Below, in pieces: positions 1 through 10,370 of a stretch of DNA of 64,000 bases. The stretch comes from an uncultured Gemmatimonadales bacterium. GTDB lineage: Bacteria > Gemmatimonadota > Gemmatimonadetes > Gemmatimonadales > GWC2-71-9. The DNA lies in contig CAWGED010000014.1 of assembly GCA_963821525.1 (NCBI GenBank), positions 32,001 through 96,000 of the forward strand, given 5' to 3'. Each line of letters opens with the position of its first letter. The first letter of the stretch is position 1. Both the position numbers and the translations under genes were made by a program. Below the pieces are notes generated by a model. It searched no databases, had not been told where the DNA came from, and saw only the letters and a list, made by a program, of their open reading frames with translations.

Positions 1-867
1 CCTCAGTTGCAGGACCTCCTCGAAGCAGGTGTTCACTTCGGGCATCAGACCCGGCGGTGGAACCCCAAGATGCGGCGCTTCATCTTCGCCGAGCGCTCAG
101 GCATCTACATCATCGATCTCCAGAAGACGCTCCGGCAGATCATCCAGGCCCAGGAGCTCCTGAAGAGCGTGGTGCTCAAGGGCGAGGGAGTCCTCTTCGT
201 CTGCACCAAGAAGCAGCTCAAGGGAATCGTGCAGGCCGAGGCGCAGGAGTGCGGCTCGTACTACGTGACCGAGCGCTGGCTGGGCGGCATGCTCACCAAC
301 TTCCAGACCATCAAGAAGCAGCTGCGCCGGCTGCGGGAGCTGGAGCAGGGCGCCGCGGATGGCGAGTTCGAGAACTACACCAAGAAGGAAAAGCTCCTGT
401 TCGAGCGGGAGCGGGAGAAGCTGAGCCGCAACCTGGAAGGCATCAAGCAGATGGGCCGGCTTCCCGGGGCGCTGTTCGTGGTGGATGCGAAGAAGGAAAA
501 GATCGCGGTGCAGGAGGCCAACAAGCTTGGCATCCCGGTGGTCGCGATCGTGGACACCAACGCCGACCCCGACGTCATCACGGTTCCGATTCCGGGCAAT
601 GACGACGCGATCCGCGCGGTTTCCCTGATCACCGGCGCGCTGAGCGAGATCATCAAGGAAGCCCGGGCGCAGAGCCCGATCCGCGAGGCCGCGGAGGATG
701 CCGAGGCCGAGACCTACAGCACCGACGGCGGCACCGAAGGCGACGTGGATGCCGAGCGGCGCAAGCGCCGGCCGCGTCGTAAGCGTCGGCCGAAGCCGGA
801 GGCGATTGCGGCTCGCTTGAAGCACGAGGAGCAGGCGCCCAGCCCGGCGGGCGAGCCGGAAGCGTAA
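1..867 (+). CDS. rpsB: 30S ribosomal protein S2 (5' end truncated by window edge)
   Basis: LLEAGVHFGHQTRRWNPKM, RWLGGMLTNF and PGNDDAIRA motifs; frame is open from base 1. Confidence 0.98.
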   Translation, partial: PQLQDLLEAGVHFGHQTRRWNPKMRRFIFAERSGIYIIDLQKTLRQIIQAQELLKSVVLKGEGVLFVCTKKQLKGIVQAEAQECGSYYVTERWLGGMLTNFQTIKKQLRRLRELEQGAADGEFENYTKKEKLLFEREREKLSRNLEGIKQMGRLPGALFVVDAKKEKIAVQEANKLGIPVVAIVDTNADPDVITVPIPGNDDAIRAVSLITGALSEIIKEARAQSPIREAAEDAEAETYSTDGGTEGDVDAERRKRRPRRKRRPKPEAIAARLKHEEQAPSPAGEPEA

Positions 868-897
868 GCCCGGCGGTGTTGGACCGCATACGAGTCG

Positions 898-934
898 CCG
901 CCGTCCGGCCCTCGGGCCAAGGACGGCGGTTTCA
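898..934 (+). terminator. Hairpin between rpsB and tsf (possible attenuator/terminator)
   Basis: ccgccgtcc-ggccc-tc-gggcc-aa-ggacggcgg followed by tttc. Confidence 0.5.
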
Positions 935-957
935 CTATCACATCTGGAAAGCACGAC

Positions 958-1832
958 ATGAGCACGATGGCGATCTCAGCGAAGGATGTAGCCCAGCTCC
1001 GCGCCCGGACCGGCGCGGGCATGATGGATTGCAAGAAGGCCCTCGAGGAAGCGCAGGGCGACATGGACAAGGCCGCCGAAATCCTGCGCAAGAAGGGCAT
1101 CGCGAAGGCAGAGACCCGGACCGAGCGGACCGCCTCGCAGGGGCTGGTCGTGATCGATCCCGCGCCGGACGGGAAGTCCGCGGCGATGATCGAGCTGGAC
1201 TGCGAGACCGACTTCGTGGCCCGCACCTCCGATTTCATCGGGCTCGCCAAGGAACTTGGCAAGCACGCAGCGGCGCACGCGCCTTTCGGCGTGAACCCGG
1301 GCAGCGCGATCGACGCCCAGCCTTTCCAGCGGGAAGACCGTCGCCGAGGTCGTAAAGGCGATGTCGGGCAAGACCGGTGAAGCGATGAGCCTCAAGCGAG
1401 TCGCTCGGCTCGAGGCCAAGGACGGTGTCGTCGGCGCCTACCTGCATCACAACGGCCAGTCGGGCGCCCTGGTCGCGGTTGATGGTCCGCACAGCGAGGC
1501 GGTCTCCGAGCTGGCACGCGAGCTGGCCCTGCACGTGGCCTTCGCCGACCCGGCGGGAATCTCCGATGCCGATGTGCCGGCCGAGCTGGTAGAGCGGGAG
1601 CGACGGATCGCGGAAGAGCAGGTCGCGGCCGAAGGGAAAGCCCGAGAACATCCGGGCAAGATCGTCGAAGGAAAGGTCCGGAAGTTCCTGGCCGAGCGGA
1701 CTCTGATCGGGCCAGCCCTTCGTGCGGGATGACAAGAAGCCCGTCGCGGAGCTTGTAAAGGAAACCGCCGCGAAGACCGGGGCGCCGGTCACCGTTCGCG
1801 CCATCGCCCGCTTCCGGGTGGGAGAAGGCTGA
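958..1832 (+). CDS. tsf: Elongation factor Ts; split by indels near 1330, 1637/1655 and 1710 (probable sequencing errors)
   Basis: [27 protein letters not shown] and GAYLHHNG motifs in successive frames; TGA overlaps the pyrH ATG. Confidence 0.93.
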
Positions 1833-2542
1833 TGCGACGGGCCTACGCCCGCGCGCTGCTCAAGCTTTCCGGGGAGGCGCTCGCCGGCGAGAAGGGATAC
1901 GGACTCGACTTCAAAGTGGTCGAGTCCTTCGCCGACGAGCTTCTCACGGTTCACGCTCGGGGAATTCAGCTGAGCCTCGTGGTGGGCGGCGGCAACATCC
2001 TTCGGGGAACCACTGCGAGCCGGCAGGGCCTGGACCGCGTCTCCGCCGATTACATGGGGATGCTGGCCACCGTCATCAACGCCCTCGCGGTGCAGGACAT
2101 CCTCGAGCGCAAAGGCGTCCAGACCCGGGTGATGACCGCGATTCGTATGGAATCGCTGGCCGAGCCCTACATCCGCCGCCGGGCGCTCCGCCACATGGAG
2201 AAGGGGCGCCTCGTTATCTTTGCTGGTGGAACCGGAAACCCCTATTTCTCGACTGATACCGCCGCCGTTCTCCGGGCATTGGAGATCGAGGCGGACTCGA
2301 TACTCAAAGGGACCAACGTGGACGGGGTGTTTACCGCGGACCCCAAGAAGGACCCCGCGGCGCGGCTCATTCCGGAGCTGACCTTCCAGGATGCCCTGGT
2401 GAACGGGTATGAGGTCATGGACCGGAGCGCCTTCGGTCTCTGCCAGACCAACAAGCTTCCGATCATCGTCTTCAACATGAACCAAGCCGGTAATCTCGAC
2501 CGCGTCCTGCGCGGCGAGCCGGTGGGGACGATCGTCCAATGA
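1832..2542 (+). CDS. pyrH: Uridylate kinase
   Basis: [28 protein letters not shown]; follows tsf. Confidence 0.97.
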   Translation: MRRAYARALLKLSGEALAGEKGYGLDFKVVESFADELLTVHARGIQLSLVVGGGNILRGTTASRQGLDRVSADYMGMLATVINALAVQDILERKGVQTRVMTAIRMESLAEPYIRRRALRHMEKGRLVIFAGGTGNPYFSTDTAAVLRALEIEADSILKGTNVDGVFTADPKKDPAARLIPELTFQDALVNGYEVMDRSAFGLCQTNKLPIIVFNMNQAGNLDRVLRGEPVGTIVQ

Positions 2543-3102
2543 GCACACCGAACAGCATTCCCGAGCTGGTCAAGCACGCCCGTGAACTGATGAACAAGGC
2601 GGTGGAGAACACTCGCAAGGAGTTCTCCGGCATCCGAAGCGGCAAGGCCACCACCTCGCTGCTCGACATCATCCGGGTGGAGGCCTACGGCAGCGAGGTC
2701 CCGCTCAATCAGGTCGGCATGGTGGCGGCTCCCGAGGCGCGGCTGCTCACCGTGCAGCCGTTCGACAAGTCCCTCGCTCCGGCCATCGAGAAGGCGATCC
2801 GCGAATCCGATCTGGGTCTGAACCCCGCCAGTCAGGGCGGGCTCATCCGGATCCCGATTCCGTCGCTCAACGAGGAGCGGCGCAAGGATCTGGTCAAGGT
2901 GATTCACAAGCTGGCCGAGGAGGGACGGGTCGCGGTGCGCCACGCCCGGGGCGAGGCGCACAACAAGGTGAAGAAGATGGAGAAGATCGCCGAGGACGAG
3001 CGGACTCGCGGGGAGAAGGAAATCCAGAAGCTCACCGACGATCACATCCGGCAGATCGATCAGCTGATCTCCGCCAAGGAAGCGGAGATCATGGAAGTCT
3101 GA
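2539..3102 (+). CDS. frr: Ribosome recycling factor
   Basis: [31 protein letters not shown]. Confidence 0.97.
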   Translation: MSTPNSIPELVKHARELMNKAVENTRKEFSGIRSGKATTSLLDIIRVEAYGSEVPLNQVGMVAAPEARLLTVQPFDKSLAPAIEKAIRESDLGLNPASQGGLIRIPIPSLNEERRKDLVKVIHKLAEEGRVAVRHARGEAHNKVKKMEKIAEDERTRGEKEIQKLTDDHIRQIDQLISAKEAEIMEV

Positions 3103-3106
3103 ACCG

Positions 3107-3847
3107 ATGGGTGAGGATCTGCTGTCGCAGTTGAAGCTGAACGGCGCGGTACCGGCTCACATTGCCATCATCATGGATGGGAATGGACGCTGGGCGAGAA
3201 AGCGGGCGCTCCCTCGTCCCCTGGGACACAAGGCCGGAATGAAGGCGGTGCGGGAGGCGGTGGAAGGAGCGCTCGCCGCCGGGGTAGAGGTGCTCACCCT
3301 GTTCGCATTCAGCCAGGAAAACTGGAGTCGTCCGGCGCCGGAAATCGACGCGCTGATGAGCCTGCTCCAGGAGTACATCGCGAACGAAATGGCCGAGCTG
3401 CGGCAGCAGGGCGTCTCGGTCCGCTTCCTGGGAGACCTGACCCGGCTGAGCCCGTCGGCGCTGCAGGCCGTGGATCGCCTGACTGGCGAGACCGCCAGCG
3501 GGGAGGCCCTCGCGCTGAACATCTGTATCTCCTACGGCTCCCGCGCCGAAATCACCCGTGCCGCCCGGATGCTCGCCGAGGACGTTGCGGCTGGCCGTAT
3601 CAAACCCAGTGAGATCGACGAAGAAGCGGTGAGCCGGCGGCTCTACACCGCCGCCTGGCCCGATCCCGACCTGCTGATCCGGACCTCGGGCGAGCTGCGG
3701 ATCTCCAACTTCCTCCTCTGGCAGCTGGCGTACGCCGAGCTGTACGTGACCCCGGTCCTGTGGCCCGATTTCACCCGCCGTCATTTGTTCGAGGCGATTC
3801 TCGACTTCCAGAAGCGGGACCGGCGATTCGGCAAGGTGTCGGTTTGA
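3107..3847 (+). CDS. uppS: Undecaprenyl diphosphate synthase
   Basis: HIAIIMDGNGRWA, FSQENWSRP, DLLIRTSGELRISNFLLWQ. Confidence 0.97.
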   Translation: MGEDLLSQLKLNGAVPAHIAIIMDGNGRWARKRALPRPLGHKAGMKAVREAVEGALAAGVEVLTLFAFSQENWSRPAPEIDALMSLLQEYIANEMAELRQQGVSVRFLGDLTRLSPSALQAVDRLTGETASGEALALNICISYGSRAEITRAARMLAEDVAAGRIKPSEIDEEAVSRRLYTAAWPDPDLLIRTSGELRISNFLLWQLAYAELYVTPVLWPDFTRRHLFEAILDFQKRDRRFGKVSV

Positions 3848-3852
3848 AAACA

Positions 3853-3960
3853 GTGAGCGGTGAGCGGTGAGCGGTGAGCGGGCAGCACGGTCAGATCTGA
3901 GAAGCTCGCCGGGCGCGCGTGCAGTTCCCGCTTACCGCTCACCGCTCACCGCTTACCGCC
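3853..3960. repeat. Inverted heptamer arrays (GTGAGCG)4 ... (CCGCTYA)4-5
   Basis: Left arm 3853-3880, right arm 3928-3960; arms are reverse complements. Confidence 0.9.
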
Positions 3961-3968
3961 CGTAGCGC

Positions 3969-4838
3969 ATGGCCTCCAATCTCTTCCAGCGCATCTCCTT
4001 CGCCGTTATCGCCATTCCCGTGGCGCTCGGCGTCGTCTGGTTCGGCGGTTGGCCGCTCGTCGGATTGCTCGCGATTGTCGGCGCGCTCGGGTCGAGGGAG
4101 TTGTTCGATTTCGCCCAGCGGCAACAGATCGCTCCGCTTTCGGCCTGGGGAATCGCTTCGGCCGCGGTCCTGCCGTTTCTCGTCTACCTCTCGATCATCA
4201 CGCCGGGAGGCTGGCTCGCGTTCCTGCTGGGTAACTCCTGGTTCCTCGCCGCGTTGTGGCTGGTCGCCACGCTCACGATTGCGCTGGCTCGTCGAACTCC
4301 CAGCGATCGGCCACTCGCCGTTACGGCCATCACCGTTTTCGCCGTTGGATACACCGCCGGACTCCCCGCCACGCTGCTCCCCATTCGGCATTTCACCGAG
4401 CCGGGTCGTTCCTGGGCCGGCGCGTGGCTGGTGTTCACACCACTCGTCATCACCTGGGTTTGCGATACCGCGGCGATGTTCGCCGGAAGGCTCATCGGTG
4501 GCCCCAAGCTCTGGCCGGCCATCAGTCCCGGCAAGACCTGGTCGGGCAGTGTGGCCGGAGTCGTGGCCGCGCTGGCGACGGTGCCGCTGCTCAACAGCCT
4601 GGTCCTGGAACGCCAGGGTATAGCTCTCCCGATCACCCAGGGACTGATCTTCGGGCTGATCCTCGGAATTGTCGGGCAGATTGGCGATCTTGCGGAGTCT
4701 CTCTTCAAGCGGGAAGTGGGTCTCAAGGATTCCTCGGCGATCATTCCGGGTCACGGAGGCATCCTGGACCGCTTTGATTCGCTCTATTTTGTGCTGCCGG
4801 TCTCGGCGGCGTTCTATCGCCTGGTCGGGATGATCTGA
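3969..4838 (+). CDS. cdsA: Phosphatidate cytidylyltransferase
   Basis: ISPGKTW, GDLAESLFKR, KDS...IPGHGGILDRFDS. Confidence 0.96.
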   Translation: MASNLFQRISFAVIAIPVALGVVWFGGWPLVGLLAIVGALGSRELFDFAQRQQIAPLSAWGIASAAVLPFLVYLSIITPGGWLAFLLGNSWFLAALWLVATLTIALARRTPSDRPLAVTAITVFAVGYTAGLPATLLPIRHFTEPGRSWAGAWLVFTPLVITWVCDTAAMFAGRLIGGPKLWPAISPGKTWSGSVAGVVAALATVPLLNSLVLERQGIALPITQGLIFGLILGIVGQIGDLAESLFKREVGLKDSSAIIPGHGGILDRFDSLYFVLPVSAAFYRLVGMI

Positions 4839-5972
4839 TGCGCCACCAGTCCAGGAACGACAACCAGCCTGCGAAGACACGGGGAGTCGCCATCCTCGGG
4901 TCTACCGGCTCGATCGGAAAGAGTGCGCTGGCGGTGATCGGCAGACAGCGCGATCACTTCCGGGTCGTGGCGTTGACCGCGCGGAGCAACGAAGCGGCGT
5001 TGGGCCGCCAGGTCGCGCAGTGGCAACCGGCTTATTCCGCCCTGGTGAGCAAGACGGGTCCCGAGGCTTTGGTCGAGGCGGCGACTCATCCCGATGTGGA
5101 CATCGTGCTCAACGCCGTGGTCGGCTCGGCAGGACTCGACGCGACTCTCGCGGCGCTTCGCGCCGGGAAACGGGTGGCCCTGGCCAACAAGGAAACGCTG
5201 GTCATGGCGGGCGACCTGGTGCGGGCAGCCGCCTGCGCCGGCGGCGGTGAATTGGTTCCCGTGGATTCGGAGCACAGCGCCGTCCTGCAATGTCTTCAAG
5301 GTCGGGAGACCGGCCTCGCGCGAGTGATCCTGACGGCGTCGGGCGGCCCCTTTCGCGAGTGGGAGCCGGACCGGATCCGAGCGGCGACGGTGCAGGAAGC
5401 GCTCAACCACCCGACCTGGAGCATGGGGAACAAGGTCACGGTGGACAGCGCGACCCTGGCCAACAAGGCGCTCGAGCTGATCGAGGCCCACCATTTCTTC
5501 GAACTGGGCTACGATACTCTCGACGTCGTGGTCCATCCCCAGAGCATCGTGCACGCTCTGGTTGAGTACTGTGACGGTAGCGTCATTGCCCAAATCGCCT
5601 TTCCCTCGATGGAACTGCCGATTCTCTATGCCCTCACCTATCCCACACGGCTCCCGGATCAGGGTGTCCGCCGGTTCGATCCGGTGCAGGCCGGTGTCCT
5701 CACCTTCGAGCCGGTGAGGAGCGATGTCTTCCGCGCGTATTCGGCAGGGCTTTCGGCGGGACGCGCCGGCGGGACTGCTCCTGCGGTGTTCAACGCCGCC
5801 AACGAAACCGCGGTGGCTGCATTCCTCGACGGACGAGTGCCGTTCGGCCGCATCTCCGATACGATCGAGCGAGTTCTCGATGAACATGCAGCCGGCACCC
5901 GCCGGTGATCTTGATACCGTGCGCGCCGCGGACCAGTGGTCCCGGGTCCGCGCCAGTGAGGTGTTGAAGTGA
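4838..5972 (+). CDS. dxr: 1-deoxy-D-xylulose 5-phosphate reductoisomerase; indel near 5890
   Basis: ILGSTGSIG, LANKE, PVDSEHSA, HPTWSMGNKVTVDSATL; the last helix (DLDTVRAADQWSR) is in another frame. Confidence 0.93.
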
Positions 5973-7333
5973 TCGTTTTCGAGTATCTCTGGCCCCTGGT
6001 CGTCACCCTCGGCGTGCTGATCTTCGTGCACGAAGCGGGGCATTTCATCGCGGCGAAGTGGGCGGGGATCTACGTGCATCGTTTCTCACTGGGCCTCGGT
6101 TCACCGATTCCCTGGCTCACCCGGAAGATCGGAGAAACCGAGTATTCGATCTCCTGGCTCCCGCTCGGCGGCTACGTGAAGATGGCGACCGCGGAGGAAG
6201 GAGCCGACAGCTCGGCGCTCGAGGGTGGCGCGTCGGAGATCGCGCACATACCGCCCGACCGGATGTTCGAGGCCAAACCGGTCTGGAAGCGGATGGTGGT
6301 CATTCTGGCCGGCGTCACCATGAACGTGGTGTTCGCCTGGTTCGCGTTTGTGTTTCTGGCGGCGAAAAACGGGGAGCAGATCGATCCGGTCACCAGGATC
6401 GGCGCCGTTACCGCGGACAGCCTGCCCCCTGGCGCTGAGGCCCTCGCCGCAATGCATCCGGGAGACAGCATCGTCGCGATCGACGACCAGCCGGTGCATT
6501 CGTGGAACGAAGTCCAGGAGTTGATCGGCTCCAGCTCCGGCGACTCGGTGGTCGTTCACCTGGCCGACGGGCGAGCGCTGCCGATTCACATTCATCCCGC
6601 AGCACTCGTGGATCGGGTGCGGGTCCTGAACGCCATCGCGCCGGCCCACCAGCCACTGGTCGAGACGGTCGAGAGTGGCCGGCCCGGCCACAAGGGCGGC
6701 TTGCTCCCCGGCGACACGATCCTGGCGCTCAACGATTCGCCGGTCGAGTCGCGCGACGTAGTCATACCCACGATCCGCAACAGCATCGGAACCCCTTTGA
6801 AGTTCCGGGTCGGGCGCGCGGGCGGACCGGTCGATCTCACGATCACGCCGGAAGCGGTGACCGAGGCGGGCAAGCAGGTGGGCAAGATCGGAGTCGCCTT
6901 CCGCGAGGCGGTCAACTGGGAACGCCGGCCTTACACTTTGAGTCAAGCCTTCGGCGCCGGTGCCCGGGCGACTCTCGCGGCATCCACCCAGATCGTGCGC
7001 ACCGTGCAGGGACTGCTCTCTGCCCGGATCTCCAGCCGCGAGGTCGGTGGTCCGATTCTGATCGGCCAGCTCGCCGCGCAGAGTGCGAGGCTCGGGTTCG
7101 ACACCTTCCTCGCCTTCATGGCGCTGATCTCGGTCAACCTCGCCATCCTCAACCTGCTTCCCATCCCGGTGCTGGATGGCGGGCAGTTCCTCTTCCTGCT
7201 GGCGGAGGTGGTGTTGCGTCGCCCGCCGTCGCTCAAGCTGCGAGAGCGGCTGACGCTTGTCGGTCTGGTGCTCATCGTCTCACTGATGGTCCTGGCGTTC
7301 TCAAACGACATTCGCCGGCTGATCGGCATCTAG
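5969..7333 (+). CDS. rseP: RIP metalloprotease RseP (two PDZ domains)
   Basis: [25 protein letters not shown]. Confidence 0.96.
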   Translation: MIVFEYLWPLVVTLGVLIFVHEAGHFIAAKWAGIYVHRFSLGLGSPIPWLTRKIGETEYSISWLPLGGYVKMATAEEGADSSALEGGASEIAHIPPDRMFEAKPVWKRMVVILAGVTMNVVFAWFAFVFLAAKNGEQIDPVTRIGAVTADSLPPGAEALAAMHPGDSIVAIDDQPVHSWNEVQELIGSSSGDSVVVHLADGRALPIHIHPAALVDRVRVLNAIAPAHQPLVETVESGRPGHKGGLLPGDTILALNDSPVESRDVVIPTIRNSIGTPLKFRVGRAGGPVDLTITPEAVTEAGKQVGKIGVAFREAVNWERRPYTLSQAFGAGARATLAASTQIVRTVQGLLSARISSREVGGPILIGQLAAQSARLGFDTFLAFMALISVNLAILNLLPIPVLDGGQFLFLLAEVVLRRPPSLKLRERLTLVGLVLIVSLMVLAFSNDIRRLIGI

Positions 7334-7353
7334 TCGGGAAGGGTGACGCTGCT

Positions 7354-9282
7354 ATGGATCGGTGGAACGTCGCCGCCAAGGTAGCTGCGGCCTCGAGCGC
7401 GGTGCTGGCAGTAGGCCTGTTGCTCACGGGTTTCTTCGCCTGGCGGGCCACGGACCGGAAGGTGCTTGGGCTGCAGTTGCAACAGGCGAGCGCCCAGCTC
7501 GACGGGAATCTCGCTCTGGCCCGGGCCATGTTCGACCAGCGCTTTCCCGGTCCTTGGCGTCTGGTGGACGCCACCGGTGTGGAACCGCTCGTCGAGCTGT
7601 TTAACGGCAACGGCCGGCTTGATGGTTGGAGGACCCGCGAACGGCTGAGCGCCCACCTCTACAAGGGCGCGACGCCGATTCTGGGGAATCCCGACGTCGA
7701 GAGCCTGTTGCTCGAGCTGGACAGCCTCACCGGGATGGAGATGACGGTGGCGCAACGCATCCGGTCGCTGCCCTCTCCCGATTCCACGGTGGGAGACGCC
7801 CCGAACGGAAGGGCGCTTCGTCTGGTGACGACAGTGACCCGCGCCGACAGCATGGGCGTATTGCGCCGCGCCAACCTCACCATCATGCCGACCCGCAGCC
7901 CCGTCACTGGCCGGACCGTCGGAGCCGGGGCGGTCTTCGCTTCCGGCGTGGCCTATGGCGGAAGAGCGCTGGTCGCGGGACAGGATCGCTGGACCCGCTA
8001 CGAGCCGATCGTGAGCCCGGATCGCGGTGTCGTCGGCATCCTGTATGGCGGCATGCGCTTCGATCCCTTCGCGCAGGCGGCGCACAGCGCCTCGTGGGCG
8101 CTGGCGCGGACCTTTCTGGCGGTCGGCCTCGCGTCCGCGCTGGTCGCGATCGGGATCCTCTACCTGATCACCCGGAGATTGCTGCGGCCGCTCGGCGGAA
8201 TCGAGCAGGCCGCGGCTCGAATCTCTGCGGGCGATCTCTCATGCCGCAGCGGGATAAGCCAGGAGGATGAAATCGGCGTTCTGGCTCGCACCTTCGACGA
8301 GATGGCGAGCCAGCTCCAGACTCTGCACCACGGGATTCTCGCGACGACGGATCGGCTTTACCAATCCGCCCGGGGAGTGGACGAGGCTGCTACCGCCGCC
8401 GCGCACGCAACTCATCAGGTCTCCGATGCGGCCAGCGAGGTCTCCCGCGGATCAACCGAGATGAGTCAGAAGGCGGCCGAGGTGAACGAGCAGGTCACCG
8501 CGGTTCGCCGATACCTCGAGGCGATTGGCGAGAGGGTCGCGGCCGCCGTCGAGAAATCTCGGAGTGCTCGCAGCGTGGCGCAGCAGGGTCACATCGCCGC
8601 GTCGCAGGTGCTCGCGGCAGGGAATGATGTGCGGCAGACCGTCGCCGAGGCTTCCTCCGTGATGCGATCCCTCGGCGCTCAGGCCGACCGGATCAATCAG
8701 GTCGTCGAGTTCAGCAAGGAAGTCGCGATCCAGACCAACCTCCTTGCCCTCAACGCTGCGATCGAGGCCGCACGCGCGGGCGTGCATGGGCGCGGCTTCA
8801 GGGTCGTCGCCGCCGAGATCAAGACGCTGGCCAAAGAGACCAGAGAATCCTCGGACAGTATCGGCAAGCTGATCGCGGAAACCCGGGAGCAGATGGCGGC
8901 GGCGGTCGAGATGCTCGACCGGGTGGAGAAGGAGACCGAAGCCGGACTCGAGGCCGCCCGCAGCAACGATCAGGGATTCAGCCGTATCTCCGACTCGGTC
9001 GCCCTGGTCGTGGGCCGGATCGAAGAGATCAGTGAGGCGGCGGGCGGGGTGTCTCGCAGCATGGATCTGGTGAGCGAGGGAATCGAAGGTGTCGCCTCCT
9101 TTGCCCAACAGAGCGCGGCGGCCAGCGAGCAGGTCGCTGCACTCGCCGAGGAGCAGAGCACGACGCTCCGTGCGATCTCGGCGGAAGTTCACGGCCTTTC
9201 CGCTTTGGCCGGTGAACTCCAGCTCACGGTCAGCACGCCAAGCCGGGCGAGTACGACACAACCGGTCATCGAGACCGCGTAG
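7354..9282 (+). CDS. Methyl-accepting chemotaxis protein (Cache-type sensor, HAMP, signalling domain)
   Basis: Two TM segments, DEIG HAMP motif, [31 protein letters not shown]; likely start is ATG 7354 within the 6502 ORF. Confidence 0.9.
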   Translation: MDRWNVAAKVAAASSAVLAVGLLLTGFFAWRATDRKVLGLQLQQASAQLDGNLALARAMFDQRFPGPWRLVDATGVEPLVELFNGNGRLDGWRTRERLSAHLYKGATPILGNPDVESLLLELDSLTGMEMTVAQRIRSLPSPDSTVGDAPNGRALRLVTTVTRADSMGVLRRANLTIMPTRSPVTGRTVGAGAVFASGVAYGGRALVAGQDRWTRYEPIVSPDRGVVGILYGGMRFDPFAQAAHSASWALARTFLAVGLASALVAIGILYLITRRLLRPLGGIEQAAARISAGDLSCRSGISQEDEIGVLARTFDEMASQLQTLHHGILATTDRLYQSARGVDEAATAAAHATHQVSDAASEVSRGSTEMSQKAAEVNEQVTAVRRYLEAIGERVAAAVEKSRSARSVAQQGHIAASQVLAAGNDVRQTVAEASSVMRSLGAQADRINQVVEFSKEVAIQTNLLALNAAIEAARAGVHGRGFRVVAAEIKTLAKETRESSDSIGKLIAETREQMAAAVEMLDRVEKETEAGLEAARSNDQGFSRISDSVALVVGRIEEISEAAGGVSRSMDLVSEGIEGVASFAQQSAAASEQVAALAEEQSTTLRAISAEVHGLSALAGELQLTVSTPSRASTTQPVIETA

Positions 9283-9285
9283 GCG

Positions 9286-9301
9286 TGGCACACCGGGTGC
9301 A
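9286..9301 (+). promoter_or_regulatory. Putative sigma54 -24/-12 promoter
   Basis: TGGCACaccggGTGCA: GG-N10-GC spacing, upstream of the ABC operon. Confidence 0.4.
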
Positions 9302-9428
9302 AAGACGGGCGCTTCGTATCGTCCAGCGGCCATAAGGTGTTGACCCGAGTCATGTTCCGTCCGGACTGGCGCGCCAGATTGTCCCTGATGACATTTTGTC
9401 CCTCACGAGGAACCGCGAACTCCGCATC

Positions 9429-10370
9429 ATGACGCTTCTCGCACTCGATCAAGTCACCAAGCGCTTCAACGGTATCCCCGCAGTCGACGCGGTCTCCTTC
9501 TCGGTGGATCGCGGTCAGGTCGTGGGATTTCTGGGGCCCAACGGGGCTGGGAAGTCCACCACGATGCGGATGATTACCCAATACCACGAGCCCGATCAGG
9601 GCCGCATCACCTTCGACGGCAAGCCCCTCTCGGAAGCGGGGTGTGAGGCGAAGCGTCGGGTGGGATACCTGCCGGAGAACAATCCCCTTTACGGCGACAT
9701 GCTGGTGGCGGAATATCTGGGGTTCGTCGCCCGGCTTCGGGATCTCGAAGGGACCGATCGCCGGCGCGCAACGGACCATGCCGTCGCGGCGACGGGTATT
9801 GACCAGGTGTTCTACCGGCCGATCGGGGAGTTGTCGAAGGGATACAAGCAGCGGGTCGGCCTCGCCGCTGCCATCCTGCCACAGCCCGATCTGCTGGTGC
9901 TGGACGAGCCGACCGAAGGCCTCGATCCCAACCAGCGGGTAGAAATTCGCCGCCTCATCAATGCGCTGGGACAGGACCGGACCGTTCTGCTCTCAACTCA
10001 CATTCTCTCTGAAGTGCAGTACACCTGCTCCCGGCTCCTCATCATCAACCGAGGCAAGATCGCGGCGGACGGGCCGGTCTCTGATCTGGTGAGCCGGGCG
10101 GGTGGAGAGGTGCGCATTTCGGTCGAGGCGTCGGGGCAGGGAATTGCCGATGGGCTCGCGGCGCTTCCCGGAGTTCTGGAATGCACTCCGCAAACGGAAA
10201 AGGAAGGACGGGTGAGCTTGATTCTTACCGCCAGCGCCGAGCAGGATCTCCGGCCGGAGATCTTCAGGCTGGCTTTATCCAGGGGATGGATCCTGTACGA
10301 ATTGCATCAGGAAGCCGGGAGCCTGGAAGATCTGTTCCGCCAGCTGACCGCTGCCGGGGAGGCCGCATGA
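9429..10370 (+). CDS. ABC transporter ATP-binding protein (GldA-like)
   Basis: GPNGAGKSTT, LSKGYKQRVG, LDEPTEGLDP. Confidence 0.9.
   Translation: MTLLALDQVTKRFNGIPAVDAVSFSVDRGQVVGFLGPNGAGKSTTMRMITQYHEPDQGRITFDGKPLSEAGCEAKRRVGYLPENNPLYGDMLVAEYLGFVARLRDLEGTDRRRATDHAVAATGIDQVFYRPIGELSKGYKQRVGLAAAILPQPDLLVLDEPTEGLDPNQRVEIRRLINALGQDRTVLLSTHILSEVQYTCSRLLIINRGKIAADGPVSDLVSRAGGEVRISVEASGQGIADGLAALPGVLECTPQTEKEGRVSLILTASAEQDLRPEIFRLALSRGWILYELHQEAGSLEDLFRQLTAAGEAA

Noticed and set aside
1235..2548. Long antisense ORFs (also 4814-6079, 14901-16193, 24338-25573, 28572-29924, 47850-49169)
   Set aside because: Shadow ORFs opposite well-supported genes, expected at high GC; no recognisable motifs.
6502..7353. 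926-aa ORF with a long N-terminal extension on the MCP
   Set aside because: The extension overlaps rseP in another frame and reads as shadow sequence; the likely start is ATG 7354.
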